Assembly (NCBI GenBank): GCA_035605555.1
Contig: DASTHD010000056.1
Coordinates: forward strand, 1-42,739
DNA length: 42,739 nucleotides
Direction: 5' to 3'
Source: Gaiellaceae bacterium
GTDB taxonomy: Bacteria > Actinomycetota > Thermoleophilia > Gaiellales > Gaiellaceae
Below, in pieces: positions 10,890 through 19,211 of this stretch. The notes under the pieces were generated by a model. That model did no database searches and was not told the DNA's origin. It saw nothing but the letters and a program-made list of their open reading frames with translations. The position numbers were made by a program, and so were the translations under genes. Positions within the stretch are counted from its first letter, which is position 1. The number at the start of each line of letters is the position of its first letter.

Positions 10890-12170
10890 CTAGGCCGACT
10901 CTTCGGCCAAGAGCTCGTCCGCCTCGTCGGCGGTGTCGCCGGCGCTCGTGACGAGCGTCGGCTTGAGCCCCTTCTCGATCGTCTCCTTGGTGATGACGCA
11001 CTTGGAGACGTCCTTGCGCGACGGCAGCTCGAACATGACGTCGAGGAGCGCCGTCTCGATGATCGACCGCAACCCACGGGCGCCGGTCTCGCGTTCGAGC
11101 GCCTTGTCCGCGATCGACCACAGCGCGTCGTCCGTGAAGACGAGCTCGATCGAGTCGTAACCGAAGAAGCGCTGGTACTGCTTGATCAGCGCGTTGCGCG
11201 GCTCGACGAGGATCTGCACGAGGTCTTCGCGCTGGAGCTGGTGCACGGCCGACACGACCGGAAGCCGACCGATGAACTCGGGGATCAAGCCGTAGGCGAG
11301 CAGATCCTCCGGCATCACCTGGGTGAGCATCTCGCTCGTCTCGGCGTCGTGCCGTGAGCGAATGTCCGCCCCGAACCCGACGGCGTTCTTGCCGATCCGC
11401 CGGCCGACGATCTTCTCCAGCCCGGCGAACGCGCCGCCGCAGATGAAAAGGATGTTCGTCGTGTCGATCGAGAGGAACTCCTGGTGCGGGTGCTTCCGGC
11501 CTCCCTGCGGCGGCACCGAGGCGACGGTCCCCTCGAGGATCTTCAGGAGTGCCTGCTGGACGCCTTCACCCGACACGTCGCGCGTGATCGACGGGTTGTC
11601 CGCCTTCCGCGCGATCTTGTCGACCTCGTCGATGTAGATGATCCCGGTCTCGGCCTTCTTTATGTCGAAGTCCGCGGCCTGGATCAGCTTGAGGAGGATG
11701 TTCTCGACGTCCTCACCGACGTATCCGGCTTCGGTCAGCGCCGTCGCGTCGGCGATCGCGAACGGGACGTTCAGGATCCGCGCGAGCGTCTGTGCCAGCA
11801 ACGTCTTGCCGCAGCCGGTCGGGCCGAGCAGCAGGATGTTGGACTTCTGGAGCTCGACGTCCGAGTCCTCCGAGCCCATCTGGACGCGCTTGTAGTGGTT
11901 GTAGACCGCGACGGCGAGCGTCCGCTTCGCTTCCTCCTGGCTGACGACGTAGTCGTTCAGGACGGAGTAGATGTCCCGCGGCCGCGGCAGGTTCTCGAGG
12001 TCGAGCTGCGAGGGAGCGGTGAGCTCCTCGTCGATGATCTCGTTGCAGAGATCGATGCACTCGTCGCAGATGTAGACGCCCGGTCCGGCGATCAGCTTCT
12101 TGACCTGCCGCTGCGACTTCCCGCAGAAACTGCAGAGAAGCTGTTCGTTCCCGTCGCTCGCCCGCGCCAC
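10890..12170 (-). CDS. clpX: ATP-dependent Clp protease ATP-binding subunit ClpX
   Basis: 426 aa with an N-terminal zinc finger (CSFCGKS...CDECI), Walker A (GPTGCGKT) and an IGF-type loop region. Confidence 0.97.
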   Translation of the reverse strand: MARASDGNEQLLCSFCGKSQRQVKKLIAGPGVYICDECIDLCNEIIDEELTAPSQLDLENLPRPRDIYSVLNDYVVSQEEAKRTLAVAVYNHYKRVQMGSEDSDVELQKSNILLLGPTGCGKTLLAQTLARILNVPFAIADATALTEAGYVGEDVENILLKLIQAADFDIKKAETGIIYIDEVDKIARKADNPSITRDVSGEGVQQALLKILEGTVASVPPQGGRKHPHQEFLSIDTTNILFICGGAFAGLEKIVGRRIGKNAVGFGADIRSRHDAETSEMLTQVMPEDLLAYGLIPEFIGRLPVVSAVHQLQREDLVQILVEPRNALIKQYQRFFGYDSIELVFTDDALWSIADKALERETGARGLRSIIETALLDVMFELPSRKDVSKCVITKETIEKGLKPTLVTSAGDTADEADELLAEESA

Positions 12171-12206
12171 CCTAGCTCTCCTTGTACTCCGAAATCGCCA
12201 AGGGTG

Positions 12207-12812
12207 CTAGTCCTTCGTCGAATCCCGGCTGGAGATCACGGTGTCGATGATGCCGTAATCCTTCGCCTCTTGCGCCGACATGAAGTAGTCGCGGTCGGTA
12301 TCGCGGCCGATTTTCTCGAGATCCTGCTCTGTGTGGTCGGCGAGGATCTCTTCCAGACGTCGCTTCAAGTTCAGGGTCTCCCGTGCGCGGATTTCGATGT
12401 CTGCGGCCTGCCCACCGGGGCCGGACGGCGTCCAGACCTGGTGGATCAGGATCTTGGCGTTCGGCAGCGCCATCCGCTTCCCTTTCGCGCCGCCCGCGAG
12501 GAGCAGCGCTCCCATCGACATCGCGATCCCGACGCAGATCGTCTGCACGTCCGGCTTGATGAACTGCATCGTGTCGTAGACGGCGAGGCCCGCGTAGACA
12601 TCGCCGCCCGGCGAGTTCACGTACAGGGCGATGTCCTTGTCGGGGTCCTCTGACTCGAGGTGCAGCAGCTGGGCGATGATCAAGTTCGCGATCTGATCGT
12701 CGATCGGCGTGCCGAGGAAGATGATGCGCTCGTTGAGCAGGCGCGAGTAGATGTCGAAGGCACGCTCACCGCGCGACGTCTGCTCGATCACCATCGGGAC
12801 TAGCGGGCTCAT
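12207..12812 (-). CDS. clpP: ATP-dependent Clp protease proteolytic subunit ClpP
   Basis: I chose the ATG at 12812 ([26 protein letters not shown]...), which overlaps the tig stop as ATGA. Catalytic Ser (GIAMSMGA) and His (ILIHQ) contexts are present. Only one clpP copy is in the window. Confidence 0.95.
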   Translation of the reverse strand: MSPLVPMVIEQTSRGERAFDIYSRLLNERIIFLGTPIDDQIANLIIAQLLHLESEDPDKDIALYVNSPGGDVYAGLAVYDTMQFIKPDVQTICVGIAMSMGALLLAGGAKGKRMALPNAKILIHQVWTPSGPGGQAADIEIRARETLNLKRRLEEILADHTEQDLEKIGRDTDRDYFMSAQEAKDYGIIDTVISSRDSTKD

Positions 12813-14155
12813 GAAGGCTCCTTGCTGCCGGGGGTCCACAACTTCGTAGCGGTTTCGGGTTTTTCCTTCTCGGGTGTCCAGAGCTCCTCGCGGGCGCGGG
12901 CGAGCTCCACGGGAATCCTCTGCACCTCGGCCGCGATGCGGTCGAGCGCCTTGCGCAGCCGGAGGTCGGCGCGCAGGGCCTCGTAGCGGCCGGCGTCGCG
13001 AACCTGCTGGATCAGCTCGTCGGCGTCCTCGCCCTCGGCCTGGTCGCGGATCAGCTCGTCGACCTCGTCGTCGGCGACCTCGAGCCCGAGCTGCTCGGCG
13101 GCCGCGTCGAGCACGATCTCACGCGCCAGCGACTGGCGCGCCTCGTTCTCGATGTCGGCCTGGATCTCCTGGGGCGAGCGGCCGCTCAGCTGGAGGTAGG
13201 CCTCCGCACTGATCCCGCGGCGCTCGAGCGACCGGACGAGCCCGTTCCAGAGGTCGACCGCGCGCGACTGGACGAGGCTGTCGGCGACGTCGAGGTCGGT
13301 CTCCTCGACGAGGGCATCCACGGCGGCCGTGCGGAACTGCGAGTCGATCTCCTCCTCGAGCTGCGCGCCAAGTCGCTCCCGGATCTCGTCCGTGAGGTCC
13401 TCGATTGTCTCGAACTCGGTGGCCGCCTGGGCGAGCTCGTCGTCCAGCGGCGGGAGCACCTTCTCCTTGATCTCGTTCATGTGCGCCGTGACGCCGGCCT
13501 CGGACCCGTCCGGCAGCACGTAGGAGATCGGCTTCTCTGCTCCTGCCTCCATCCCCAGGAGGCCCCGCTCGATCTCGGGGAGCAGTCGTCCGGAGCCGAG
13601 CTCGGCGACGTAGTCGCGCTGCGCCTCGCCGTCGTCGGAGACCAGGTCGACGACGACGACGTCGCCCTCCTGCGCCGGCCGCCCCTCGACCGGGGCGAGA
13701 TCGGCGACGGTGGAGCGCAGGACCTCGAGCTCCGCGTCGATCAGCTCCTGCGGTACGTCGGGATCGGAGCGCGGGACTTCGAGTGCCGACCAGTCGGGCA
13801 GCTCGGGCGTCGGCTGGACCGGGACGGTCGCCGTGAACTGGAAGCTGTCCGACGGCGAGTCCGGGAGCTCGTACTCGTATTCGGGTGCCTGCACCGGCCG
13901 CACGTTCGTGCCGCGCAGCGCCGCGCGGAACCAGCCGCCGATGTGGCTGTCGACCGCCTCCTGGTACAGGCGGTCCTTCCCGACCCGCGCGAGCAGCACC
14001 GGCATCGGCACCTTGCCCTTGCGGAACCCAGGGATCCTCAGGCTGCCGGCGAGGTCGGAGGCGGCGTGGTCGATCGCGTGCTCGACGTCGCCGCTCGGCA
14101 CCTCGACGGTCATGCGGACCTTGCTCTCGGGGAGCTCTTCGACCGTGGCCTTCAC
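12809..14155 (-). CDS. tig: Trigger factor
   Basis: 448 aa with a GTG start. The ribosome-binding N-domain has the GFRKGKVP signature, followed by an acidic PPIase/C-terminal arm. Canonical tig-clpP-clpX order. Confidence 0.93.
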   Translation of the reverse strand: MKATVEELPESKVRMTVEVPSGDVEHAIDHAASDLAGSLRIPGFRKGKVPMPVLLARVGKDRLYQEAVDSHIGGWFRAALRGTNVRPVQAPEYEYELPDSPSDSFQFTATVPVQPTPELPDWSALEVPRSDPDVPQELIDAELEVLRSTVADLAPVEGRPAQEGDVVVVDLVSDDGEAQRDYVAELGSGRLLPEIERGLLGMEAGAEKPISYVLPDGSEAGVTAHMNEIKEKVLPPLDDELAQAATEFETIEDLTDEIRERLGAQLEEEIDSQFRTAAVDALVEETDLDVADSLVQSRAVDLWNGLVRSLERRGISAEAYLQLSGRSPQEIQADIENEARQSLAREIVLDAAAEQLGLEVADDEVDELIRDQAEGEDADELIQQVRDAGRYEALRADLRLRKALDRIAAEVQRIPVELARAREELWTPEKEKPETATKLWTPGSKEPS

Positions 14156-14244
14156 AGGACGGCCATTGTGCCAGCAGTCCCCCGGGCCGCCGCAGTGCCC
14201 CGGGGACCGCCGATTTCAGTCGGACTAATCCCCTGCCGACCCGG

Positions 14245-14310
14245 CTAGAAGAGCCAGACGATCAGCAGGATGAGCAGGATGAGCAGAATCACCCCACCAC
14301 CGATATACAT
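14245..14310 (-). CDS. 21-codon hydrophobic micro-ORF (MYIGGGVILLILLILLIVWLF)
   Basis: Hand-found and too short for the ORF track. ATG at 14310 is preceded by GGAAAGGAGGGCGAG, with an AGGAGG core 5 nt upstream; the stop is TAG. It encodes a Gly-rich N-terminus plus one TM helix. Confidence 0.4.
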   Translation of the reverse strand: MYIGGGVILLILLILLIVWLF

Positions 14311-14392
14311 CTCGCCCTCCTTTCCTAGGACGCCGGGAAGGCTTGCTTGCCCCACGTCTGTACCCACAAGGAGGCTCGTTCACACGTGACCA

Positions 14393-14478
14393 TGCGGGCG
14401 AGAGGACTTGAACCTCTAAGGATCTTGCGATCCAACGGGACCTAAACCCGCCGCGTCTACCAGTTCCGCCACGCCCGC
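14393..14478 (-). tRNA. tRNA-Leu (anticodon TAG)
   Basis: The reverse complement folds by hand as a cloverleaf: acceptor GCGGGCG/CGCCCGC, anticodon loop TT-TAG-GT, a long variable arm (GGATC..GATCC) and T-arm AGAGG-TTCAAGT-CCTCT. No encoded CCA. Confidence 0.9.
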
Positions 14479-14537
14479 GTGACTGAAGGATAGAGCGGCC
14501 GAAGAGAGCCGCCGGGGCCGTGCGGGGAGACCGTTCT

Positions 14538-14551
14538 GTCTGCAGCTAGAC
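14538..14551. promoter_or_regulatory. Imperfect palindrome GTCTGCAGCTAGAC overlapping a TAGACT -10-like hexamer just upstream of tetR (candidate operator/promoter)
   Basis: GTCT..AGAC arms are visible in the sequence. TAGACT (14547-14552) ends 6 nt before ATG 14559, which is consistent with a leaderless tetR transcript. This rests on pattern only. Confidence 0.3.
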
Positions 14552-14555
14552 TCGA

Positions 14556-15140
14556 TTGATGGCCGAAGCGCTTCCGCTGCCGGCGCCGAGTGCACGCGAG
14601 CGCATCCTCGAGAGTGCATACGAGCTCTTTTCGCACCGCGGGATCCGCGCCGTCGGGATCGATGAGATCCGGGAGCGGGCGGACGTCGCCAAAGCCACGC
14701 TCTACCGGCACTTCGCCTCGAAGGACGAGCTCGTGCTGGCGTTCCTCGACCGTCGCGAGCAGCTCTGGACCCGCGAGTGGGTCGAGCGCGAGGCGAGGGC
14801 GCGGGCGTTGGACCCGGAGGGACAGCTGCTCGCGATCTTCGACGCCTTCGACGAGTGGTTCCGTCGGGCGGACTTCGAGGGCTGCTCGTTCATCAACGTG
14901 ATGCTCGAGTGGGCCGACGGTGACCACCCGATCGGGCGGGCCAGCGTGCTCCACCTCGCCAACATCCGCGCGTTCCTCGCGACGCTCGCCGCAGAGGCCG
15001 GCCTCCGCGAACCGGAGACCTTCGCCCACTCGTGGCACATCCTGATGAAGGGCTCGATCGTCGCCGCAGCGGAGGGCGACGCGGAGGCGGCACAACGCGC
15101 GAAGGCGATGGGCGGCGCGCTGATCGAGACCTACCGCTAG
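14556..15140 (+). CDS. TetR/AcrR family transcriptional regulator
   Basis: 194 aa with an N-terminal HTH (RGIRAVGIDEIRERADVAKATLYRHFASKDELV). TTG at 14556 is followed immediately by ATG 14559, which is the likelier start. Confidence 0.9.
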   Translation: MMAEALPLPAPSARERILESAYELFSHRGIRAVGIDEIRERADVAKATLYRHFASKDELVLAFLDRREQLWTREWVEREARARALDPEGQLLAIFDAFDEWFRRADFEGCSFINVMLEWADGDHPIGRASVLHLANIRAFLATLAAEAGLREPETFAHSWHILMKGSIVAAAEGDAEAAQRAKAMGGALIETYR

Positions 15141-15778
15141 CTGCCGAGCAGCTCTTTGACGGCCGGCTCCTGCCGGATCGGATCCAGGTCCGAGTCCTCC
15201 TTCGCAAAGTCGCGCAGCTGCTCCGACCGTTCGACCGCGCTGCGGAGATGCTCGATCGCCTCGTCCTTCCGTCCGGCGAGCGACTCGACGCAGGCCAGGT
15301 TGTACATCGGCAGGGCGTACTGGGGATTCGCCTCGACCGTCGGCCGAGCGGCGTCGGCTGCGGCTGCGTAGTCCCCTGCCTCGTACAACAGCCTGTACGG
15401 CGCCCAGACCTCCCAGCCGCTCGCCTGGTACGCCTCCCCCGGCGTGCCCCCGACCGCGACGATCGTCGTGCCGGGCTCCTCCGCGAACGCCGTCCGCTTG
15501 ACCCCGGGCCGCGCGAAGACGAACGTCCCGGCTGGCGCGTCCACGTCCTCGCCGTCCAGCTCGAACTTCGCCCGCCCCTGGTGGACGAGGTACAGCTCCT
15601 CCTGCGTGTCGTCCGCCTCGTCGTGCTCGTTGAGGATCCGATCGCCTGCCTCTCGGCCGGTCCAGGCGTTGATGCCGAAGGCCGTGATGCCGAGGTGGTG
15701 CCGGACAGGCCGCCACGGCTCGCGACCGTCGGTGGCTTCGTCGATGTCTTCGAGGTGCGCGACCTCGTACCCGCTCAT
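15137..15778 (-). CDS. Cupin-domain protein with a C-terminal TPR-like helical domain
   Basis: I chose the ATG at 15778 (213 aa), preceded by GGAGGAGG 4 nt upstream. Cupin core ELYLVHQGRAKFELDGE...GTFVFARPG is present, with a helical repeat tail (NLACVESLAGRKDEAIEHL). Confidence 0.8.
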   Translation of the reverse strand: MSGYEVAHLEDIDEATDGREPWRPVRHHLGITAFGINAWTGREAGDRILNEHDEADDTQEELYLVHQGRAKFELDGEDVDAPAGTFVFARPGVKRTAFAEEPGTTIVAVGGTPGEAYQASGWEVWAPYRLLYEAGDYAAAADAARPTVEANPQYALPMYNLACVESLAGRKDEAIEHLRSAVERSEQLRDFAKEDSDLDPIRQEPAVKELLGS

Positions 15779-15814
15779 CGGTCCTCCTCCAGTCGTGGAC
15801 TGAGAAGGTAGAGG

Positions 15815-16225
15815 ATGCGGCGCATGACCAGGTTCGTCGTCGACTGCGGCGTCGTCCTCCAGTTGGCCGCCGAGGGGTACGAGGTGCCGGCCGAGCACGA
15901 GCTCCTCGCACCCACGCTCCTGCGTTCCCAGACGCTGTCGGCCCTCCACCAGGCCGTGCACGCGGGGGAACTCGAGGCGGAGGTGGCACTCGACCGGCTC
16001 GCGCGCATCCAGGCGATCAAGATCCGCCTTCTCGGAGACGCCGTGCTTCGACGCGTGGCCTGGCGGTTCGCCGACGAGCTCGGATGGGCCGAGACCTATG
16101 ACGCGGAGTACGTCGCGCTGACGAAGCTGCAGGCGGACGCGCTCGTGACGCTGGACGCGGACCTGGCACGCCAGGTCGAAGGGATCGTCCCCACAGCGCC
16201 GATCGACGCTCTGCGAGCGACCTGA
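15815..16225 (+). CDS. PIN-domain protein (VapC-like)
   Basis: 136 aa. Matches FVVDCGVVL (Asp 1), YDAEYVALTKL (Asp 3) and LVTLDADL (Asp 4). The usual second acidic residue appears replaced (LLRSQTLSAL). The likelier start is ATG 15824, which has GAGG 9 nt upstream. Confidence 0.75.
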   Translation: MRRMTRFVVDCGVVLQLAAEGYEVPAEHELLAPTLLRSQTLSALHQAVHAGELEAEVALDRLARIQAIKIRLLGDAVLRRVAWRFADELGWAETYDAEYVALTKLQADALVTLDADLARQVEGIVPTAPIDALRAT

Positions 16226-16245
16226 ACGGTTCGTACTATCCCGCC

Positions 16246-16470
16246 GTGGCACTACCGCCCGGGATCAGCGAGCGTCTCTCCCTCCTCTGCGACACGACGA
16301 TCGAGGGCGAGCCCGAGAACGTCAGGGCCCTCATCGGCGAGATGAGCCGAGAAGAGGTCGAGACCGTCCTGGCCGAGGCGGTCACCGCATTCGTCGACGC
16401 GAGCTTTCGCGCCGAGAAGGAGATCGAGCGCACTCAGCGGCGGCTCGCGAAGCGCCGCGAATCGTCATAA
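16246..16470 (+). CDS. Hypothetical 74-aa helical, charged protein
   Basis: GTG start 20 nt after the PIN stop. Third-position GC is high, which supports coding, but there is no SD and I recognise no family. Confidence 0.4.
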   Translation: MALPPGISERLSLLCDTTIEGEPENVRALIGEMSREEVETVLAEAVTAFVDASFRAEKEIERTQRRLAKRRESS

Positions 16471-16498
16471 CGGCCGGAGGACAGGTAGGAGGCCGGAA

Positions 16499-16570
16499 TG
16501 GCCCCGGGAGGAGTCGAACCTCCGCACGCAGATTCGAAGTCTGCCGCTCTATCCACTGAGCTACGGGGCC
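16499..16570 (-). tRNA. tRNA-Arg (anticodon TCG)
   Basis: Hand-folded: acceptor GGCCCCG/CGGGGCC, anticodon stem GCAGA/TCTGC with loop CT-TCG-AA, T-arm GGAGG-TTCGACT-CCTCC. 72 nt, no CCA. Confidence 0.9.
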
Positions 16571-16591
16571 GGGAAGGATCAGAGTAGCGGG

Positions 16592-16978
16592 GTGGAAACC
16601 GAGGCAGCCGCGCGGGCGTGGGTCGAGGCGTGGACGGCCGCGTGGGTCGCGGGCGACCCGGGACCGCTCGACGAGGTCTACGCGGCAGACGCCAGCTTCA
16701 GGTCGGAGCCGTTCCGCGAGCTGCAGGCGCCTCGCGCCTACGCCGAGTGGGCGTTCCGGGAGCAGGACGAGGCGCAGTGCTGGTTCGGCGAGCCGATCGT
16801 CGACGGCGACCGCGCTGCCGTCGAGTACTGGGGGATCGTGCGCTTCCAGGGCAGCGACGAGACGATCGTCGGGACTGCTGTCCTGCGATTCGGGCCGGAC
16901 GGGCGGGTCGTCGAGCAGCGCGACACCTGGAGCGCAAAGCCCGGCCGCTTCAAGCCGCCCGAGGACTGGGGCCGCTAG
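16592..16978 (+). CDS. NTF2/SnoaL-like fold protein
   Basis: 128 aa with a GTG start. AARAWVEAWTAAWVAGDPGPLDEVYAADA... is the typical SnoaL-like N-terminus, and the beta-rich C-terminus (GTAVLRFGPDGRVVEQRDTW) fits. Confidence 0.75.
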   Translation: METEAAARAWVEAWTAAWVAGDPGPLDEVYAADASFRSEPFRELQAPRAYAEWAFREQDEAQCWFGEPIVDGDRAAVEYWGIVRFQGSDETIVGTAVLRFGPDGRVVEQRDTWSAKPGRFKPPEDWGR

Positions 16979-17850
16979 ACGACGTTCGGGGGTCGCTCCC
17001 CGCGCTCGACTGCAAGCAGGTTGTCGACCAGCACGCGCGTCATCGCCTCGCGCGTCGCGTCTGTGGCCGTGCCAAGGTGGGGCGTCAGGACCACGTTCGG
17101 CAGCTCGAAAAGCTCGGCGGGGACATGAGGCTCTTCGGCGAATACATCGAGCCCCGCCTGAAGCCGACCGGACACGAGCTCCGCGACGAGGGCCGGCTCG
17201 TCCACGATCTGGCCGCGCGAGGTGTTGATCAGGCAAGCCCCGTCGCGCATCAGCGCGAGCTTCTCCGCGTCGATCAGGCCGCGGGTCTCGTCGGTGAGCG
17301 GGACGTGCAGCGAGACGATGTCCGCCTCGGCGAGGAGCGTGTCGAGGGGGCGATGCTCGGGGCTGTCGGCCGGCCGGCTCCGTGTGTAGATCACGCGGAC
17401 GTCGAAACCGCGGGCGCGCCGGGCCACGGCGTTGCCGATCCGTCCGAGCCCGACGATGCCGAGCGTCGAGCCGGCCAGCTCGTCGCCCTTGAGCGGCTCG
17501 TCGGCCCAACCGCTCCCCCACCGGCCCGAGCGGACGAAGCGGTCGCCCGCGACGACCCGGCGCCGGACGGCGAGCAACAGCGCCATGGTCAGATCGGCCG
17601 TGGCGGCGGAGGTCACGCCGGGTGTGTTCGTCACGACGATGCCTCGCCGCCTCGCCGCGTCCACGTCCACCAGGTCGTAGCCCGCGCCGTAGTTCGCGAC
17701 GACGCGCAGCGACGGGAGCAGCTCGAGCATGGCGTCGTCGACCGGCTCGGCCACGACTGCGAGCGCCTCGACGTCGGGCCGCTCCTCGGTCAGCGGGTGC
17801 TCGAAGTACTCGACGTCGTCGAGCTCGGCCCAGGCGGGGCCGGGGAACAC
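16975..17850 (-). CDS. D-isomer-specific 2-hydroxyacid dehydrogenase (glyoxylate/hydroxypyruvate reductase-like)
   Basis: 291 aa. NAD-binding motif GIVGLGRIGNAVARR is present, and catalytic R/E/H contexts (NTSRG...TPHLG). Confidence 0.9.
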   Translation of the reverse strand: MFPGPAWAELDDVEYFEHPLTEERPDVEALAVVAEPVDDAMLELLPSLRVVANYGAGYDLVDVDAARRRGIVVTNTPGVTSAATADLTMALLLAVRRRVVAGDRFVRSGRWGSGWADEPLKGDELAGSTLGIVGLGRIGNAVARRARGFDVRVIYTRSRPADSPEHRPLDTLLAEADIVSLHVPLTDETRGLIDAEKLALMRDGACLINTSRGQIVDEPALVAELVSGRLQAGLDVFAEEPHVPAELFELPNVVLTPHLGTATDATREAMTRVLVDNLLAVERGERPPNVV

Positions 17851-17872
17851 GCGGCTGGAGAGAACCTTCAGG

Positions 17873-17946
17873 GGTGGCGGAGGGGACTCGAACCCCCGAC
17901 CACCGGGACCACAACCCGGGGCTCTACCAACTGAGCTACCGCCACC
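17873..17946 (-). tRNA. tRNA-His (anticodon GTG) with encoded G-1
   Basis: Hand-folded: G-1 plus GTGGCGG/CCGCCAC-C, anticodon stem CCGGG/CCCGG with loop TT-GTG-GT, T-arm GGGGG-TTCGAGT-CCCCT. 74 nt, no CCA. Confidence 0.9.
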
Positions 17947-17949
17947 GCG

Positions 17950-18600
17950 CTAGGAGAAGGATAGCGGTGTCTCGTCGAGCTTCCCGCGCAGCTCCTCGAC
18001 GCTCTCGTAAACCACTGCCGCGCCGGCGTCCTCGAGCTCGGCGCGCGAGAAGCCGCCGGTGATCACGCAGACGGTCGGGATCCCGGCCGCATTCGCCGCC
18101 TTCACGTCCCACGGGGCGTCCCCCACCATCACGGCCTCGCGCGTTCCGGCCTTCTCCAGCGCCGCCTCGACGAGGTCCGGCGCGGGCTTCGTCGCGTCCA
18201 CGTCGTCCTTCGTCGTCCACGAGTCCGCGAGGTCGCGTGCGTCGAGCAGGTCGAGGTAGTGGTCGAGCTCGTCCTGCGGCGACGAGCTCGCGAGCACGAC
18301 GCCCACATCGCGCCCCTTCAGCTCCTGGATCAGCTCGTGTGCCTGGTCGAGCGGTTGCACCTCGTCCAGGAGCTCGGCGTAGCGCTCGCTTCGCGTCTGC
18401 TCGATCGCCTCGTGGAGCTCACGGTCGATCCCCGGCACGAGGGCGGGGACGAGCTGGTCCCCGCCCATGCCGACGTGACGGTGGATCCGCCACACGGGAA
18501 GTGCGATCCCGTGGGCGCGGAAGGCCCGGTACCAGGCCAGCGCGTGGTGGTAGTTCGTGTCGACGAGCGTGCCGTCGACGTCCAGCAGCGTCGCCGGCAC
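17950..18600 (-). CDS. HAD-superfamily hydrolase (phosphatase)
   Basis: 216 aa with motif I LLDVDGTLVDT and motif IV VGDAPWD. Confidence 0.88.
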   Translation of the reverse strand: MPATLLDVDGTLVDTNYHHALAWYRAFRAHGIALPVWRIHRHVGMGGDQLVPALVPGIDRELHEAIEQTRSERYAELLDEVQPLDQAHELIQELKGRDVGVVLASSSPQDELDHYLDLLDARDLADSWTTKDDVDATKPAPDLVEAALEKAGTREAVMVGDAPWDVKAANAAGIPTVCVITGGFSRAELEDAGAAVVYESVEELRGKLDETPLSFS

Positions 18601-19152
18601 CTACGCCCGGACCGGCGTCTTCGCGAACTCCTGCACGAACGTCGAGCAGAACGCAGGCAGGTCGTCAGGCTTCCGGCTGGAGGTCAGGCCGTCGTCGACG
18701 ACAACCTCTTCGTCGACCCAGTTGCCGCCCGCGTTCCGGATGTCGGTCTCGAGGCTCGGCCAGGACGTGATCGTCCGTCCGCGAACGGCGTCGGCCTCGA
18801 CGAGCGTCCAGGGGCCGTGGCAGATCACGGCGATCGGCTTGCCCGCATCGACGAAGCCCCGCACGAAGCTCACCGCGCTGTCGTGCATCCGCAGCGTGTC
18901 CGGATTGCCGACGCCGCCCGGCAGGACGAGCGCGTCGTAGTCGTTGACACTCGCCTCCTCGACGGTCCGGTCGACCGGGAACGTGTTCGCCTTGTCGTAG
19001 TGGTTGAAGCCCTGGATCTCGCCTTCCTCCAGGGAAACGAGCTCGGGCGTCGCGCCGGCCTGCTCGACCGCCTTCCACGGCTCGGTCAGCTCGACCTGCT
19101 CCACCATGTCGGTCGCGAGGAACGCGATCCGCTTGCCGCTCAACTCGGTCAT
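18601..19152 (-). CDS. DJ-1/PfpI family protein (type 1 glutamine amidotransferase-like)
   Basis: 183 aa with the nucleophile elbow AVICHGPW and LVLPGG. The stop abuts the HAD start with no gap. Confidence 0.9.
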   Translation of the reverse strand: MTELSGKRIAFLATDMVEQVELTEPWKAVEQAGATPELVSLEEGEIQGFNHYDKANTFPVDRTVEEASVNDYDALVLPGGVGNPDTLRMHDSAVSFVRGFVDAGKPIAVICHGPWTLVEADAVRGRTITSWPSLETDIRNAGGNWVDEEVVVDDGLTSSRKPDDLPAFCSTFVQEFAKTPVRA

Positions 19153-19211
19153 CTTCTCCCCTTTCCTCGTTTGTCTAGGGGTACCGCCCGGGCGGCCGGA
19201 CTAAACGGTCT

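Noticed and set aside
10893-10908. Hairpin GGCCGA-CTCT-TCGGCC at the clpX 3-prime end, as an intrinsic terminator between clpX and valS
   Set aside because: It lies within the last codons of clpX, has only a 6-bp stem and no U-tract. It could equally be coincidental, so it was not annotated.
15815-16225. Calling the PIN gene a canonical vapBC toxin-antitoxin locus
   Set aside because: No antitoxin ORF fits in the 36 nt upstream, and one catalytic acidic residue seems missing. It is therefore reported only as an orphan PIN with an untested downstream partner.
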